A DNA stretch of 64,000 nt from Babesia bigemina (taxonomy: Eukaryota): the NCBI RefSeq assembly GCF_000981445.1, contig NC_027218.1, positions 2,294,001 to 2,358,000 on the forward strand, in the 5' to 3' direction. Shown here in pieces: positions 1 to 10,006 of this stretch (positions are counted from its first letter, which is position 1; the number at the start of each line of letters is the position of its first letter). A program made the translations under genes and the position numbers. A model generated the notes under the pieces. That model did not search any database. It was not told the DNA's origin and saw only the letters and a program-made list of their open reading frames with translations.

Positions 1-321
1 AAGGTGTTGCCAAATATATGAGCTTATCGTTTACCTCCTCCTCAGGTAGGTGGAAGGGGTGTCAGTTTAGTCCTTCGTCCGTTGAGGGGGAATGCGGGCG
101 TGTTGTTGGTATCATGACTCACGCCGATGTCACTGGCAGTTCGCTGTGTAGCTTTTTCACGTAGCGCACTTGACGTTTCCGCATCGATGTCTGAGTATGG
201 CAATACTCCCGTGTCCGCATCGGCGCGTTGATCACGTAGGGGTTTAGTAGTTCACCTTGTCATCGACACATCTCTCGGTGTTTTATTACAGTATGTATGC
301 GAGTGATTGTGACTGAGCAGG

Positions 322-3300
322 ATGACAGCTAAAAGCGCTGCTGTAGGCACGGCACATGGAGTGCCGCTGAGCACGTTGAAGGAGTGTCTTATGTTCCTGG
401 AGTGGTTGAAAAGTCATAGTAATATGCAACGCCAGACGGCCAGTAACTTGTATGAGCGTATTAAAAAGTATTATAAGATTAGTAACATGAAAAACGACAT
501 TGAGAAATCGTTGTCACAATTCCTCACAAACGTGTCGAACTTTTACAATCGATTATGTTATGTACGTGTTGCTGGAAACTATAATGATAAAACTGCCGCA
601 CAAATTGTTGACACGCTTTTAGACTGTCTACCCAGATTTATCTCTGCGTTGCATTATCTTTGGTATGATGTGAACGCGACTTTTGAGCAACTTGGTGGCG
701 GTGGATGGAAGAATGATTATCCAGGGGCGATATCCAGTTATTGGTACAGTAGCTATGGCGGTGACCTTGATGCGTATCTTCATGCACAGCCTAGCAATAA
801 ATACGGTGGCCTGATGCCAGGTGGTTTCACCTCTGGCGATGTGAGGTATAATCAGTATTACGATGGCTATCGCCAGGGTTTCAATATGGCTCCGGAACTT
901 GGGGTCATTTTGAATACATCACGACATAATTATTTGCTCGACGTCTTAGTTATATCCATTCTTTCTGATTGCGGTACTCGTATGGTGAACAGTGCAAACG
1001 TTCTTGCATTGGTGGGAACGTTTTGTGCCATTGTTGAGACGGACCCAAGTGGTTCAAAATTAAAAGAGGCTGTGCAAAAAAAAGACACGTGCATTAAGTG
1101 GACTGAATTAAAACAACATTGCACAACAGTGAAATCTCAAATGCATAAAGTGTTCAGGAAAGAAGCCTTCGACCATACCGGCCAGTCACTAGAATCTAAA
1201 GATATCAATATGGACGAATTTGCAAAAGTCGCGGCGAATTGGCTTAGAGCGAATTTGAGAACAGTGAGAGATAACTTGCAGAAAATTAAAACGGATGATC
1301 CTGCCGTCGCCGCTCCCAATAAGGACAACCTTGGGGCATATTTCACAGAAAATCTCTACCCCTACGGGTTCATACTTGAAGACAATCACTTTAAAAGGAT
1401 GATTAGCCGTCGCAATGCATTGCTTCAACATCATTGGCGTGATGTACTTAATACACTTCTCCAACCGCGAAACGGTCTGGATCGACTTAGGGAACTTTTA
1501 GAAGGTGGGGCATGTCCACCCAAAAAACCTGAAATACCGCCTTCAACAGATATAAAGAGTGACACAGCGAGGACGGTTGCCACCAAAACGGAAGCAACTA
1601 AAACCGAGGCGGCGAAGCCCGTGGTCACCAAAGCCGAGGCGGCGAAGCCGACTGCCACCAAAACTGAAGCGACGAAACCTGTGGCTGCGAAGCCGACTGC
1701 CACTAAAACGGAGGCCACCAAGACTGAGGCTGCGAAGCCTGTGGTCACCAAAGCCGAGGCGGCGAAGCCGACTGCCACCAAAACTGAGGTTACGAAGCCC
1801 CAAGCTAAGAATGCTGGAGGAAGTACAAATCAAAATACTAGTCAAAGTGGAGGAAAGCCTGCAACTTCATCAGTCGGCAAATCTTCTCCATCTCCGCCTC
1901 CCGGTAGTGCAGGAGCGCCAGGGCAGGCAGGGCCTAAAGGTGATCAAGGCAATAAAGGGTCTTCTAGTACCAAGTCTACAACATCTTCTTCGCCTCAAAA
2001 TACTGTTCAAAAGCAACAGCTTCCATCTCAACCGCCGCCAGTCGCTCCCCCTCAAGCCCCTGCCCCCGGTACTCCTGCAGCCCCTGCTTCTACTAGTCAG
2101 TCCGGTGGCGGGAGTGGGAGTACAAATGGCGGTGGTGCTCGAAGTCAAAAGGCTGGTGGATCTACATCAACTGTCCAATCTCAGCCTTCAAGTGTCCAAA
2201 ATTCATCCCCTCCGTCACTTGGTGCCCCTAGTACCGGTGGTGGTAAGGGGCCTGCTTCCGGCGCTGGTCAGCAAGGTGGTACAAGTAAGGGTTCACCGGG
2301 CAGTGGTTCTAAAGCTACGCAGCCTGCTGCAACTCAAGTTCCTGCGCAAGCTCAGCCTCCAAGTGGTGCAAGTTCAGGCATTCCGTCACCTGGTGCCCCT
2401 GGCTCCAGTGGTCGTCAGGGTGTGTCTAGCGCTGGTCCACAAGGTGGCAATGGGCAGGGTGCACCGGGCGGTGTTACTAATAGTTCACAGCCTGTTGTCA
2501 CTTCACAGAATGTTATTACTCAGCGTTCAAGTGATTCCAGTCTTGTCCCTCCGTCATCTGGTGTCCCTAGTCCCGGTGGTGGTCAGGTGTCTACTTCTGT
2601 GCCTACTCAGCAAGGTATTACAAGTAGAGGTGCACAGGGCGGTGATCCTAATAGTTCACAGACTGTTGTCCCCCAAGCCCCTGTCTCTTCTCAGCCTCCA
2701 GGTGTTGCAACCCAAGGCTCTCCGTCATCCAGTGTCCCTGCTCCAGTCGGTGGTCAGGGCACGGGTGGCCAGGGGTCCACTTTTAGCACCACTCAACAAA
2801 ATGGTCAAGGTACATCGCAAGGTTCCACCAACGCTTCTAATACGACATCCACTGATTCGGGTGCTGGTACAGGTGGCGGAGCTGGAGGGGTTGGCGGTAG
2901 TAATGGGAAGGGGAAGGCGCAGTTGGATCCAGCGGCCGAACAGTTGAAAAAGCACCTAGATGTATATGGAGGCAAAATAAAACGCAAAAATGATGATGCC
3001 AGAAAAAACATGGAGAACATATGGAAAAAGGCTCAAGAAACGTTGGAAAAAATTAATGAAAATAAGTTCCGAGCCGAATTAGATGAAAAGCGTAATACAC
3101 AAACCGCAGTAAATAGACCTCAGGCACCAACACTTTCTCCAAATCAGCTCACCCCTCAAATTCATCCTACCTCTCAAACTCCACCCACCCCCTCAATGCA
3201 GCCAACCCCTCGAATTCCACCCACCCGTGCAACTCAACCCATCCCTCATGCTCCTGCGCCTTCCAGTCCAAGTCTCACCACCCGTGTTAGTAATCGTCGC

Positions 3301-6300
3301 CCGTACTTTGTTCCAGGAGGTGGGAGGACACGTCCGCAAGACGAGAGTGTTTGGAGCATTAAGCCTTCCGATATAACCGGGACAGTCTTAGAGGACACAG
3401 ACTCCATAAAACAGCAGAAAATGCAGACATTAAATGCAGCCAAGGCGAAAATGAAATTTTGGGATTTAGACGCTGAGAAGGAAGCATTTAAAGTTAAAGT
3501 TGCAAAGTCGAATGATGAGGAACAAAAAAAAGCAGCAGAGATATGGAAGCAAAAAAAAGAAAAGGGACAAAATGACTGGCAATTCGACAAATTTAGTAAA
3601 ACTATCGAAATGCGGAATGAAAGAAAAAAGCAAGCCGCCAAGAAACTTGACGAAACATTGAAGGACAACCGAGAAGAAATCTGGGACATCCAACAGAAAC
3701 AACACGTGGATGATATATCCAGCAGTGCAAGCAATGATACGAAAAAACGACTACAGCAGAAACGGTTGCTGCAGAAGAAACAATCAGATCAGCAACAAGT
3801 CAGTCGACATCCCGCAACAACTACTCCCTCCACTCCTCCAAGCCAACCCAGCCGTCCTGTCGATGGGCCTTCCCGTCGGGCCCCATTCTTTACCCAGCAT
3901 CCCACCGATCGCACTGTTAGTCAGCGTCCGCAGTATGTTCCACAAATCGAGCAATACGGGAACCTGGACGCTGATGTTGCACCTAAAATATTCATGGATG
4001 GAGATGTGATGGAAGAGACGTCCCCGCAGGGAGCACTACACTTGGATGGTAATGAAGCCTTCACCTTTGCTGAAATGAGGAATGAGGGTTTACGTGAACA
4101 AAAGAAACTAGAAGACGAAAAACGCTTTGAAGAGATGCGTGAACAAGAAAAGAAAAAGATATATGACCGTCACAAGTTGCTGAGGGAGGCTGAAGACAGA
4201 TTAAATCAGCAACAAGAGGAAATTAAAAAGGCAGTACAGATAGATGCAGAACGCATGAAGGTGTCTAACGCCTCAGATTTTCATGTCGTGGTTGCAACAC
4301 ATCCCAGCGACCCTTATGGTTTCGACTTCGACATTCCACAGCGAAATATTAAACCAACAACTATCGTTGATCCCCCTTTTAAAGGGGGAATGCCACTTGC
4401 AGTCACAGTCCCCGCAACTGATCTGGAGATACATAGTCGCGATTATGAACATAATTCATATGCCGAACGTTCCGCTGACTCAGAGATTCGGCCTAGGGAT
4501 GTGTACTTCGATTTCCAGCACGACGACCCATTCTCTTCTCTTGGTTCCATGCCGATTCACCCCCAAGTGCTCATTGAAAAAGCGGATTTCAAACCTTCTA
4601 AATGTGAGGAGGATGATACCGAATTATGCGCCGTTGGTCACGGGAGTTCTAACGTCGACCTCCAAATCCAAGTTCCCGACCGCACAATCCAAGACGATTC
4701 TTATGACGTGAACATAGACGAGCCTCCTCTCCCAAACCTCCAACCCCTGGACCCAATAGACCCAGTCACCACCGCCATCAATCTCGACATAGAACCAATC
4801 GATCCTCCGGAGTCTCTCCCAAACAGGTACGTGGATCCTTATACGCACGACGCTCAAACAGTCGGTATGTGCATTGCCCCGTGGATGAAACAGACTGAAA
4901 TCGGAGACTCCACTGACATCCCCGAGACGGAGCTGTTCCCCGCCCAGGCCCCTCGCACTGTCCGGGATATGCTTCAGTGGCTGGCAGGGCTTAAGAGCGA
5001 AAAGCATCATAGCACTCTCAGACAATGTATTGATAAGGCATTTGGTGGCTCCCATAGTGACTTTTCACAGCTTGCACTCTCCGTCAACGGCTCTTACATC
5101 AGACCAAAAGATGTCTTCGACATACTCCAGCTTACCTCCATGTTTGCAGGTTCCGTGCTCACCTCCATTGCACCTAACTGGAGAGCACATGTGTCATCAA
5201 AACCTGTGCAGCCTAAGCCATCTGACCAATCCGACGAGCCTGATTGCTGCGCCCTCATCTGCCAGCTGCGGGACTACGTCTACGCCTGCCACCACCAGTT
5301 GGAGTTCCTCAAGTCGCAGTGTAATAGGGATAAACTAAGTGGTGGATGGAAACATGATGAGTACGGTAGAGACATCACTCCTACCAATTCTCACCTCCAG
5401 GCGTTCCTGACTGACGACTGGGACTCCACCTTCGACACTCACCCCTTCGACCCGTGCAACCTGTGCCACAAGAGCAGGATAAGGATGGGATTTCAGGCGA
5501 AGGACTTGCCTGAGAAATCACAATTGGGGAGTGTCATTTCTGCCATCCTCTCTCCCAGCTGCGGCGGTAGTGACCCCTTGCTGACGCTGTCCTCCTACCT
5601 CAACTGCCTCACCAGGCGGACGCCGCGCACCACCGGGGAGCTCGTATCGTACTTCCACAATTTTGGAAATTCACTTCATGATATGTATTTAGATACATTG
5701 TCTCCACTGGGCACTGCACTCGCCAAGTCACATGCCGACTGCCCCGACTGGGACCATCTTGGTCGCCACGACCTCCAAGCTGTCAGTGGCATCCGTGGTC
5801 AAGAGTCTCTCATATCGAAACACAACTCCAACTACAGCAATGACCATCTACGTACCCTGTCCACACTGGTCGGCTGCGGTAGTGACCCTGACAGCTGCCA
5901 TCCACACTGCTCGCCCATCACCTACCGGGCCTACGCCCTGTACTCCCAGAGCTTCGCCCACACCTACCTCAGCTGGGCGGTGTACCTGCCGGACCTACTG
6001 TGGGAGTCACTTCAAAAGCTGTTTTATGAACTCAAGAAGCATGTTAGCACCAAGTGTTCATCCCTCCACCTGTGTTCCACTGCCCTGCCCCTCCTCTACA
6101 CTCACGGGTTCACGCCACCGGAGGGCAAATCGCAGTCACCACTCACATGTCAACAGGTTATCGCCAAGCTGCAGGAAATTGTCAACGGTGGCCCTATCGC
6201 AACCCTCATGACTACCATGGACAATTTCCTCTACAACATCCGGGAGCCGTTCATCTACACCATCGTCGCACTGTGGTCCACCGCATTGCTGGTCCTCGCC

Positions 6301-6477
6301 AACACGATGCTATACCGCCTGGACATACTCCACATCCGTTCGCACCTTATCCGCACCAAGGCCTCCCACCTCATCGACGTCAAGGCCCTACTCACTAAAG
6401 GCCGGAAGATGCTCTCACTTTACAAAGACGTCGACTACTTCGACGAGGACCCTATTGGTTTACTTGGTTTCAAATAG
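322..6477 (+). CDS. Variant erythrocyte surface antigen-like (ves1-like) protein, 2051 aa, with a large low-complexity central region
   Basis: Uninterrupted ORF. N-terminus PLSTLKECLMFLEWL is shared with the 61551 paralog. The centre has T/K/E/A repeats, G/S/Q/P-rich sequence and coiled-coil segments. The Cys/His-rich C-terminal domain (PRTVRDMLQWLAGL, LQAFLTD, SYLNCL, YLSWAVYL) and the TM plus tail (DNFLYNIREPF...VALW...RLDILHIRSHL) match the C-terminus of the 54548 gene and the Babesia VESA-like architecture. Confidence 0.85.
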   Translation: MTAKSAAVGTAHGVPLSTLKECLMFLEWLKSHSNMQRQTASNLYERIKKYYKISNMKNDIEKSLSQFLTNVSNFYNRLCYVRVAGNYNDKTAAQIVDTLLDCLPRFISALHYLWYDVNATFEQLGGGGWKNDYPGAISSYWYSSYGGDLDAYLHAQPSNKYGGLMPGGFTSGDVRYNQYYDGYRQGFNMAPELGVILNTSRHNYLLDVLVISILSDCGTRMVNSANVLALVGTFCAIVETDPSGSKLKEAVQKKDTCIKWTELKQHCTTVKSQMHKVFRKEAFDHTGQSLESKDINMDEFAKVAANWLRANLRTVRDNLQKIKTDDPAVAAPNKDNLGAYFTENLYPYGFILEDNHFKRMISRRNALLQHHWRDVLNTLLQPRNGLDRLRELLEGGACPPKKPEIPPSTDIKSDTARTVATKTEATKTEAAKPVVTKAEAAKPTATKTEATKPVAAKPTATKTEATKTEAAKPVVTKAEAAKPTATKTEVTKPQAKNAGGSTNQNTSQSGGKPATSSVGKSSPSPPPGSAGAPGQAGPKGDQGNKGSSSTKSTTSSSPQNTVQKQQLPSQPPPVAPPQAPAPGTPAAPASTSQSGGGSGSTNGGGARSQKAGGSTSTVQSQPSSVQNSSPPSLGAPSTGGGKGPASGAGQQGGTSKGSPGSGSKATQPAATQVPAQAQPPSGASSGIPSPGAPGSSGRQGVSSAGPQGGNGQGAPGGVTNSSQPVVTSQNVITQRSSDSSLVPPSSGVPSPGGGQVSTSVPTQQGITSRGAQGGDPNSSQTVVPQAPVSSQPPGVATQGSPSSSVPAPVGGQGTGGQGSTFSTTQQNGQGTSQGSTNASNTTSTDSGAGTGGGAGGVGGSNGKGKAQLDPAAEQLKKHLDVYGGKIKRKNDDARKNMENIWKKAQETLEKINENKFRAELDEKRNTQTAVNRPQAPTLSPNQLTPQIHPTSQTPPTPSMQPTPRIPPTRATQPIPHAPAPSSPSLTTRVSNRRPYFVPGGGRTRPQDESVWSIKPSDITGTVLEDTDSIKQQKMQTLNAAKAKMKFWDLDAEKEAFKVKVAKSNDEEQKKAAEIWKQKKEKGQNDWQFDKFSKTIEMRNERKKQAAKKLDETLKDNREEIWDIQQKQHVDDISSSASNDTKKRLQQKRLLQKKQSDQQQVSRHPATTTPSTPPSQPSRPVDGPSRRAPFFTQHPTDRTVSQRPQYVPQIEQYGNLDADVAPKIFMDGDVMEETSPQGALHLDGNEAFTFAEMRNEGLREQKKLEDEKRFEEMREQEKKKIYDRHKLLREAEDRLNQQQEEIKKAVQIDAERMKVSNASDFHVVVATHPSDPYGFDFDIPQRNIKPTTIVDPPFKGGMPLAVTVPATDLEIHSRDYEHNSYAERSADSEIRPRDVYFDFQHDDPFSSLGSMPIHPQVLIEKADFKPSKCEEDDTELCAVGHGSSNVDLQIQVPDRTIQDDSYDVNIDEPPLPNLQPLDPIDPVTTAINLDIEPIDPPESLPNRYVDPYTHDAQTVGMCIAPWMKQTEIGDSTDIPETELFPAQAPRTVRDMLQWLAGLKSEKHHSTLRQCIDKAFGGSHSDFSQLALSVNGSYIRPKDVFDILQLTSMFAGSVLTSIAPNWRAHVSSKPVQPKPSDQSDEPDCCALICQLRDYVYACHHQLEFLKSQCNRDKLSGGWKHDEYGRDITPTNSHLQAFLTDDWDSTFDTHPFDPCNLCHKSRIRMGFQAKDLPEKSQLGSVISAILSPSCGGSDPLLTLSSYLNCLTRRTPRTTGELVSYFHNFGNSLHDMYLDTLSPLGTALAKSHADCPDWDHLGRHDLQAVSGIRGQESLISKHNSNYSNDHLRTLSTLVGCGSDPDSCHPHCSPITYRAYALYSQSFAHTYLSWAVYLPDLLWESLQKLFYELKKHVSTKCSSLHLCSTALPLLYTHGFTPPEGKSQSPLTCQQVIAKLQEIVNGGPIATLMTTMDNFLYNIREPFIYTIVALWSTALLVLANTMLYRLDILHIRSHLIRTKASHLIDVKALLTKGRKMLSLYKDVDYFDEDPIGLLGFK
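1575..1800 (+). repeat. Coding tandem repeat (KPTATKTEA / KPVVTKAEAA) in the ves-like gene
   Basis: Repeated 15/30-nt modules such as accaaagccgaggcggcgaagccgactgccac are directly visible. Confidence 0.9.
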
Positions 6478-7343
6478 TAGTTATCGCATTAATGTAGTCA
6501 TTACTTGCCTAGTGATGGATCGCACTACAGCACTAGTGGTTATTTGTGTTACTGCAGCATCTATGGCACTGTGGTGAGAGGAAAGCGTGACTGCTGCCAG
6601 GCATAACCAGACTCATGGAGACCACTTAATAAATAATATACCTCAGTACGTTGAGTTATGCGTTGCTTGTGAGACATATCTGCCATCCGACCTTGCCAGT
6701 GTAATTGGGCGCTGGGTGGAGAGCGACCAACGTAGGCAGCTGACAAGTGCCGTGCTACGTGAGTAACTATGTATCTGCGTTGTTACAACTTGCAATGCCA
6801 GCAATGTACGTCACTGGGAAATGTCACCGGGACTGCAACGTGATGGACAGTGGACGGCGTAGTTAGGTGGCATTGGTGGTAGCAGTGTATATTACTATTA
6901 TATTAACCAACCGATGTGGCTTAGGTAGGTACTTATTACATGACATGTAACAGCTGTCGTAGGCGGTGCCAACGTTGTGCGGTCTGTATTGTATGGAGCT
7001 GACTGCGCACCTGGCACCGGTTGACCTGCATGCCACCGCAAGGATGGTATCAACATGCTTTACCTCGGTAATACTGCAGCTGTGATAGCTGCATAGTTGT
7101 GATGTGAGTGGCGGTGCACTGGATGGTCATCATCTTGCTGCTACCGTGGCGCCGATGGGATACGGTCAGTGTCCTTCGCTGAGGTACGTGGTTCATGTCT
7201 GTGCTGGTTGATGGGACGGGCCACGCCTTGCTGAGTTGCGTGTTCATGAGTGGTTGGTGCGTGCTTGGTAGGTGCGTGTTGATGAGTGCGTTGCTAGGTG
7301 ATTGATGTTCGCAGGTTGAGGGGACTGGGAGGGGAGCGGGAAG

Positions 7344-7772
7344 ATGGGGGAGTGTAGAGATTGTGGTAAGAATTGTTATCTGCCTCACGTGTGTAATTGC
7401 TGCCCATGGTGTTGTGACAAATGTAATGGTAGTAGCTGTGATCAATGTTCGCAGGCAAACAGACCCCTCAGACTACGGAAGGTATGCAACGCTTTTCTAT
7501 GTGAGCTTAAAAAGGGTACTTGTACCAAGATTATCAGTTGTCCATGTAAGTGTTGTGAGCAGAAACGCTCTACTTCCGGCCACTCCTCTACATTCAGCGC
7601 TCATTCTCAGACCGACACTCAACCGCATACCTCCCCCGCCCCTTACATCATCGTCCCCGTCGCCCTCATCTTCATCGCCATATGCGTCATGACCACCTTC
7701 CGCATCCGGCCGTTCCACAAGGTCCGCGATTTCTGCGCCCGCAAAATGAACGGTTTACATCGCACTCATTAA
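7344..7772 (+). CDS. Small cysteine-rich protein with a C-terminal TM helix (ves-adjacent family)
   Basis: 142 aa with CNCCPWCCDKC, an S/T linker, hydrophobic PYIIVPVALIFIAICVM and a basic tail FRIRPFHKVR. Clear paralog of 52053-52487. Confidence 0.8.
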   Translation: MGECRDCGKNCYLPHVCNCCPWCCDKCNGSSCDQCSQANRPLRLRKVCNAFLCELKKGTCTKIISCPCKCCEQKRSTSGHSSTFSAHSQTDTQPHTSPAPYIIVPVALIFIAICVMTTFRIRPFHKVRDFCARKMNGLHRTH

Positions 7773-9053
7773 TAAACTCCGACACTTCGTATTATCGCAC
7801 TTAGATCACAGTAGTACGGATTAACGGCACAATGCTTGTCTAATGACGTATTATGAAATGCCACATAATGTTGTTTTGGCAAGTACCCGGCGACACTTTC
7901 ATGCATCATATTCAGAATATATAGGATGCACATTGGCAAATTGAACAAGATGGCCCATTTTACGTTTGTTATCGGACGTTTCTGCAGCCTCTATATCTGT
8001 TCGTACCTTGTTTTTTCATACGGCGATCCCTCTATTGTGCCTCGCAAACTCACTCAACCAAGGACTGCCGGTGTCAGTCAACTTCTCACTTTCCTTTTGC
8101 AGATTATCAAGTAACTGAGTAATGCTTTCGTCATCTTACTAACCGTACCGTTGTCACAAGCCTACTTTCCATACAATCTATAGATGGGTCGCACGACACC
8201 CTATAGCCCATCGATTGCGTATTTAACTCCCTAGAGCGAGTGGCTCAGGGGACAGTCCAGGGCAGTTTTGTGAATAGCTTGAACATCTGTTAAACACGTC
8301 TCTGCTGTCTGAACTGCGCATAGAGAGGCACGTAAGCGACGTTTACATGGCCGTTTGTGAGATTCGAAAATCTGACTAACAGAGGGGTGGATGACACCCA
8401 TGGGAATCATTCTGTGACCTAACATCAACTAAGACAGTATGCGTGGAAGTGTGCTAGTGTATTAATTGACGTAATACGTTGATGCTGTTTACTGTGTTTT
8501 TAATCTTATTGTTAGATGTTTACAGGAACATTGTGATATGGGTGTGGACGGGTTATACTTAGATGGTATAAAGGGTACGGGAAAATTTCAAATTACGTTG
8601 GGCATTTATTGCGAACGCCTTGGGTTATCATGTGCAATGGTAGAGTATGGCAGGATTTCATTCGATTTCACGTGACTAGTGGAGGGTATGTGGGCTGGGT
8701 GGGGGCGATAATGCTAAGGTATGCAACAGGGCCAACCGATCGACATTACAGATGCCTGGCGTTGGAATGACACACATTGACGTTGTCAACATGTAGTTTT
8801 CTATGAACATGGTGCGCCACAGAGAGGCTACGAAGGCGCCACTTAGTACAACGGCAACAGCCGTTGGTCAACTTATGTTAATGTTGTGACTCATGCAAGC
8901 AGAATTGGTGAGGATAAAGTGGCGACGAGATAGCATTAGCGTGTGTTGCTACTTCAGTGCCATGACATAGTTGCTGCAATAATAAACTCTACGCCAAGCC
9001 AGCGTATGCCCTTGGAAGGACGGCGTGGTAGCGGTCAATGTTCGCCTCCTCGG

Positions 9054-9530
9054 CTATTGTGTTACCGACGAAATTAATCGGGATCTGCCGGGATGCCTGG
9101 GCGAGATGGCGAATGTGGCGCAGATCTTAGTCATCAACGCGTGGAACTTCTCGGTAAACATAGATCGCATCACAAACAAGAATGCTAAAATAAGAGAAAC
9201 GACGACTATGACACCCAACCATATTCTGCATATATCCTGGGAACACAGCTTTCCAAGGTCGGCGGGGCATTTCTGTAACTGTGATAGCCTGAAAAGGTTT
9301 GGAGGTCGAAATATGAATCGATTAAAGTTAAATTGGTTATGGTTTGCCAATCTAACAATACTTTCCATTAAGCGCCTCAGCCATACTCTGAACTTTTGCA
9401 TCCTTACTTGTAGTTTTTGTATACTGATGATGAAGTACATTCTATTATACAACATAGTAGAAATGCCACATTGGTTAATCGTAAAATCCTTAATAAGTGT
9501 TGCGGAACGCTGATTAAGGTAAAAATACAT
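9054..9530 (-). CDS. Hypothetical small protein with one C-proximal TM helix (5' end uncertain)
   Basis: ORF contains IWLGVIVVVSLILAFLFVM preceded by three Cys, a topology similar to its neighbours. No recognisable homology. Confidence 0.35.
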   Translation of the reverse strand: MYFYLNQRSATLIKDFTINQCGISTMLYNRMYFIISIQKLQVRMQKFRVWLRRLMESIVRLANHNQFNFNRFIFRPPNLFRLSQLQKCPADLGKLCSQDICRIWLGVIVVVSLILAFLFVMRSMFTEKFHALMTKICATFAISPRHPGRSRLISSVTQ

Positions 9531-9817
9531 CTTTGACAAGGTGGATCAACTTGTCGGGACTCATGATGCACAATGGGGAGGATGCGAGGAACTAGGTTGT
9601 TAAGTTAAACAGTAAATCCGATAATGTGCATCGAGTGGGGGTTGGTGGGACTTCAAACCAGATGAGGCTCTGGCAGCATATTGGGCTGGACAATCGAAAA
9701 ATATTTCGTAGGAATAAATCTTCGAATTCAAATGGTGAGGCATGAAACGGTTATATACGGTAAATAATCGACATTGTGATGTACTATGCCTGTAAGTATG
9801 TTATACCGGATTTAATT

Positions 9818-10006
9818 TTACGAGAGATGTTTGCTTCCAGGGCCGGTGCATGCCGAAGTGTACCCGGTCCACTCGTAGACTTCTTTGGGGATTAGGTAAG
9901 CCGTTGACTTGGTCTTATAAAGGTAAATAGCATAGCCGATTAACGATGTGAAGAGTATGAAGGCGAGTACAGCGAAAACAACACCTGACGCCGACGCAAA
10001 ATCCAT
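9818..10006 (-). CDS. Hypothetical 62-aa single-TM micro-protein
   Basis: ATG is in the same gggaagATG context as the Cys-rich genes. Strong TM segment VVFAVLAFILFTSLIGYAIYLY is followed by KTK. Confidence 0.5.
   Translation of the reverse strand: MDFASASGVVFAVLAFILFTSLIGYAIYLYKTKSTAYLIPKEVYEWTGYTSACTGPGSKHLS

Noticed and set aside
1559..2947. 462-aa alternate-frame ORF inside the ves-like gene
   Set aside because: Explained by biased codon usage in the low-complexity region (L/V-rich shadow of NNT codons).
7305..7346. In-frame TGA between the uORF and the Cys-rich ORF as selenocysteine or readthrough
   Set aside because: I could not identify a SECIS, the uATG lies in an intron-like segment, and a good downstream ATG exists. 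The splicing/uORF reading is simpler.
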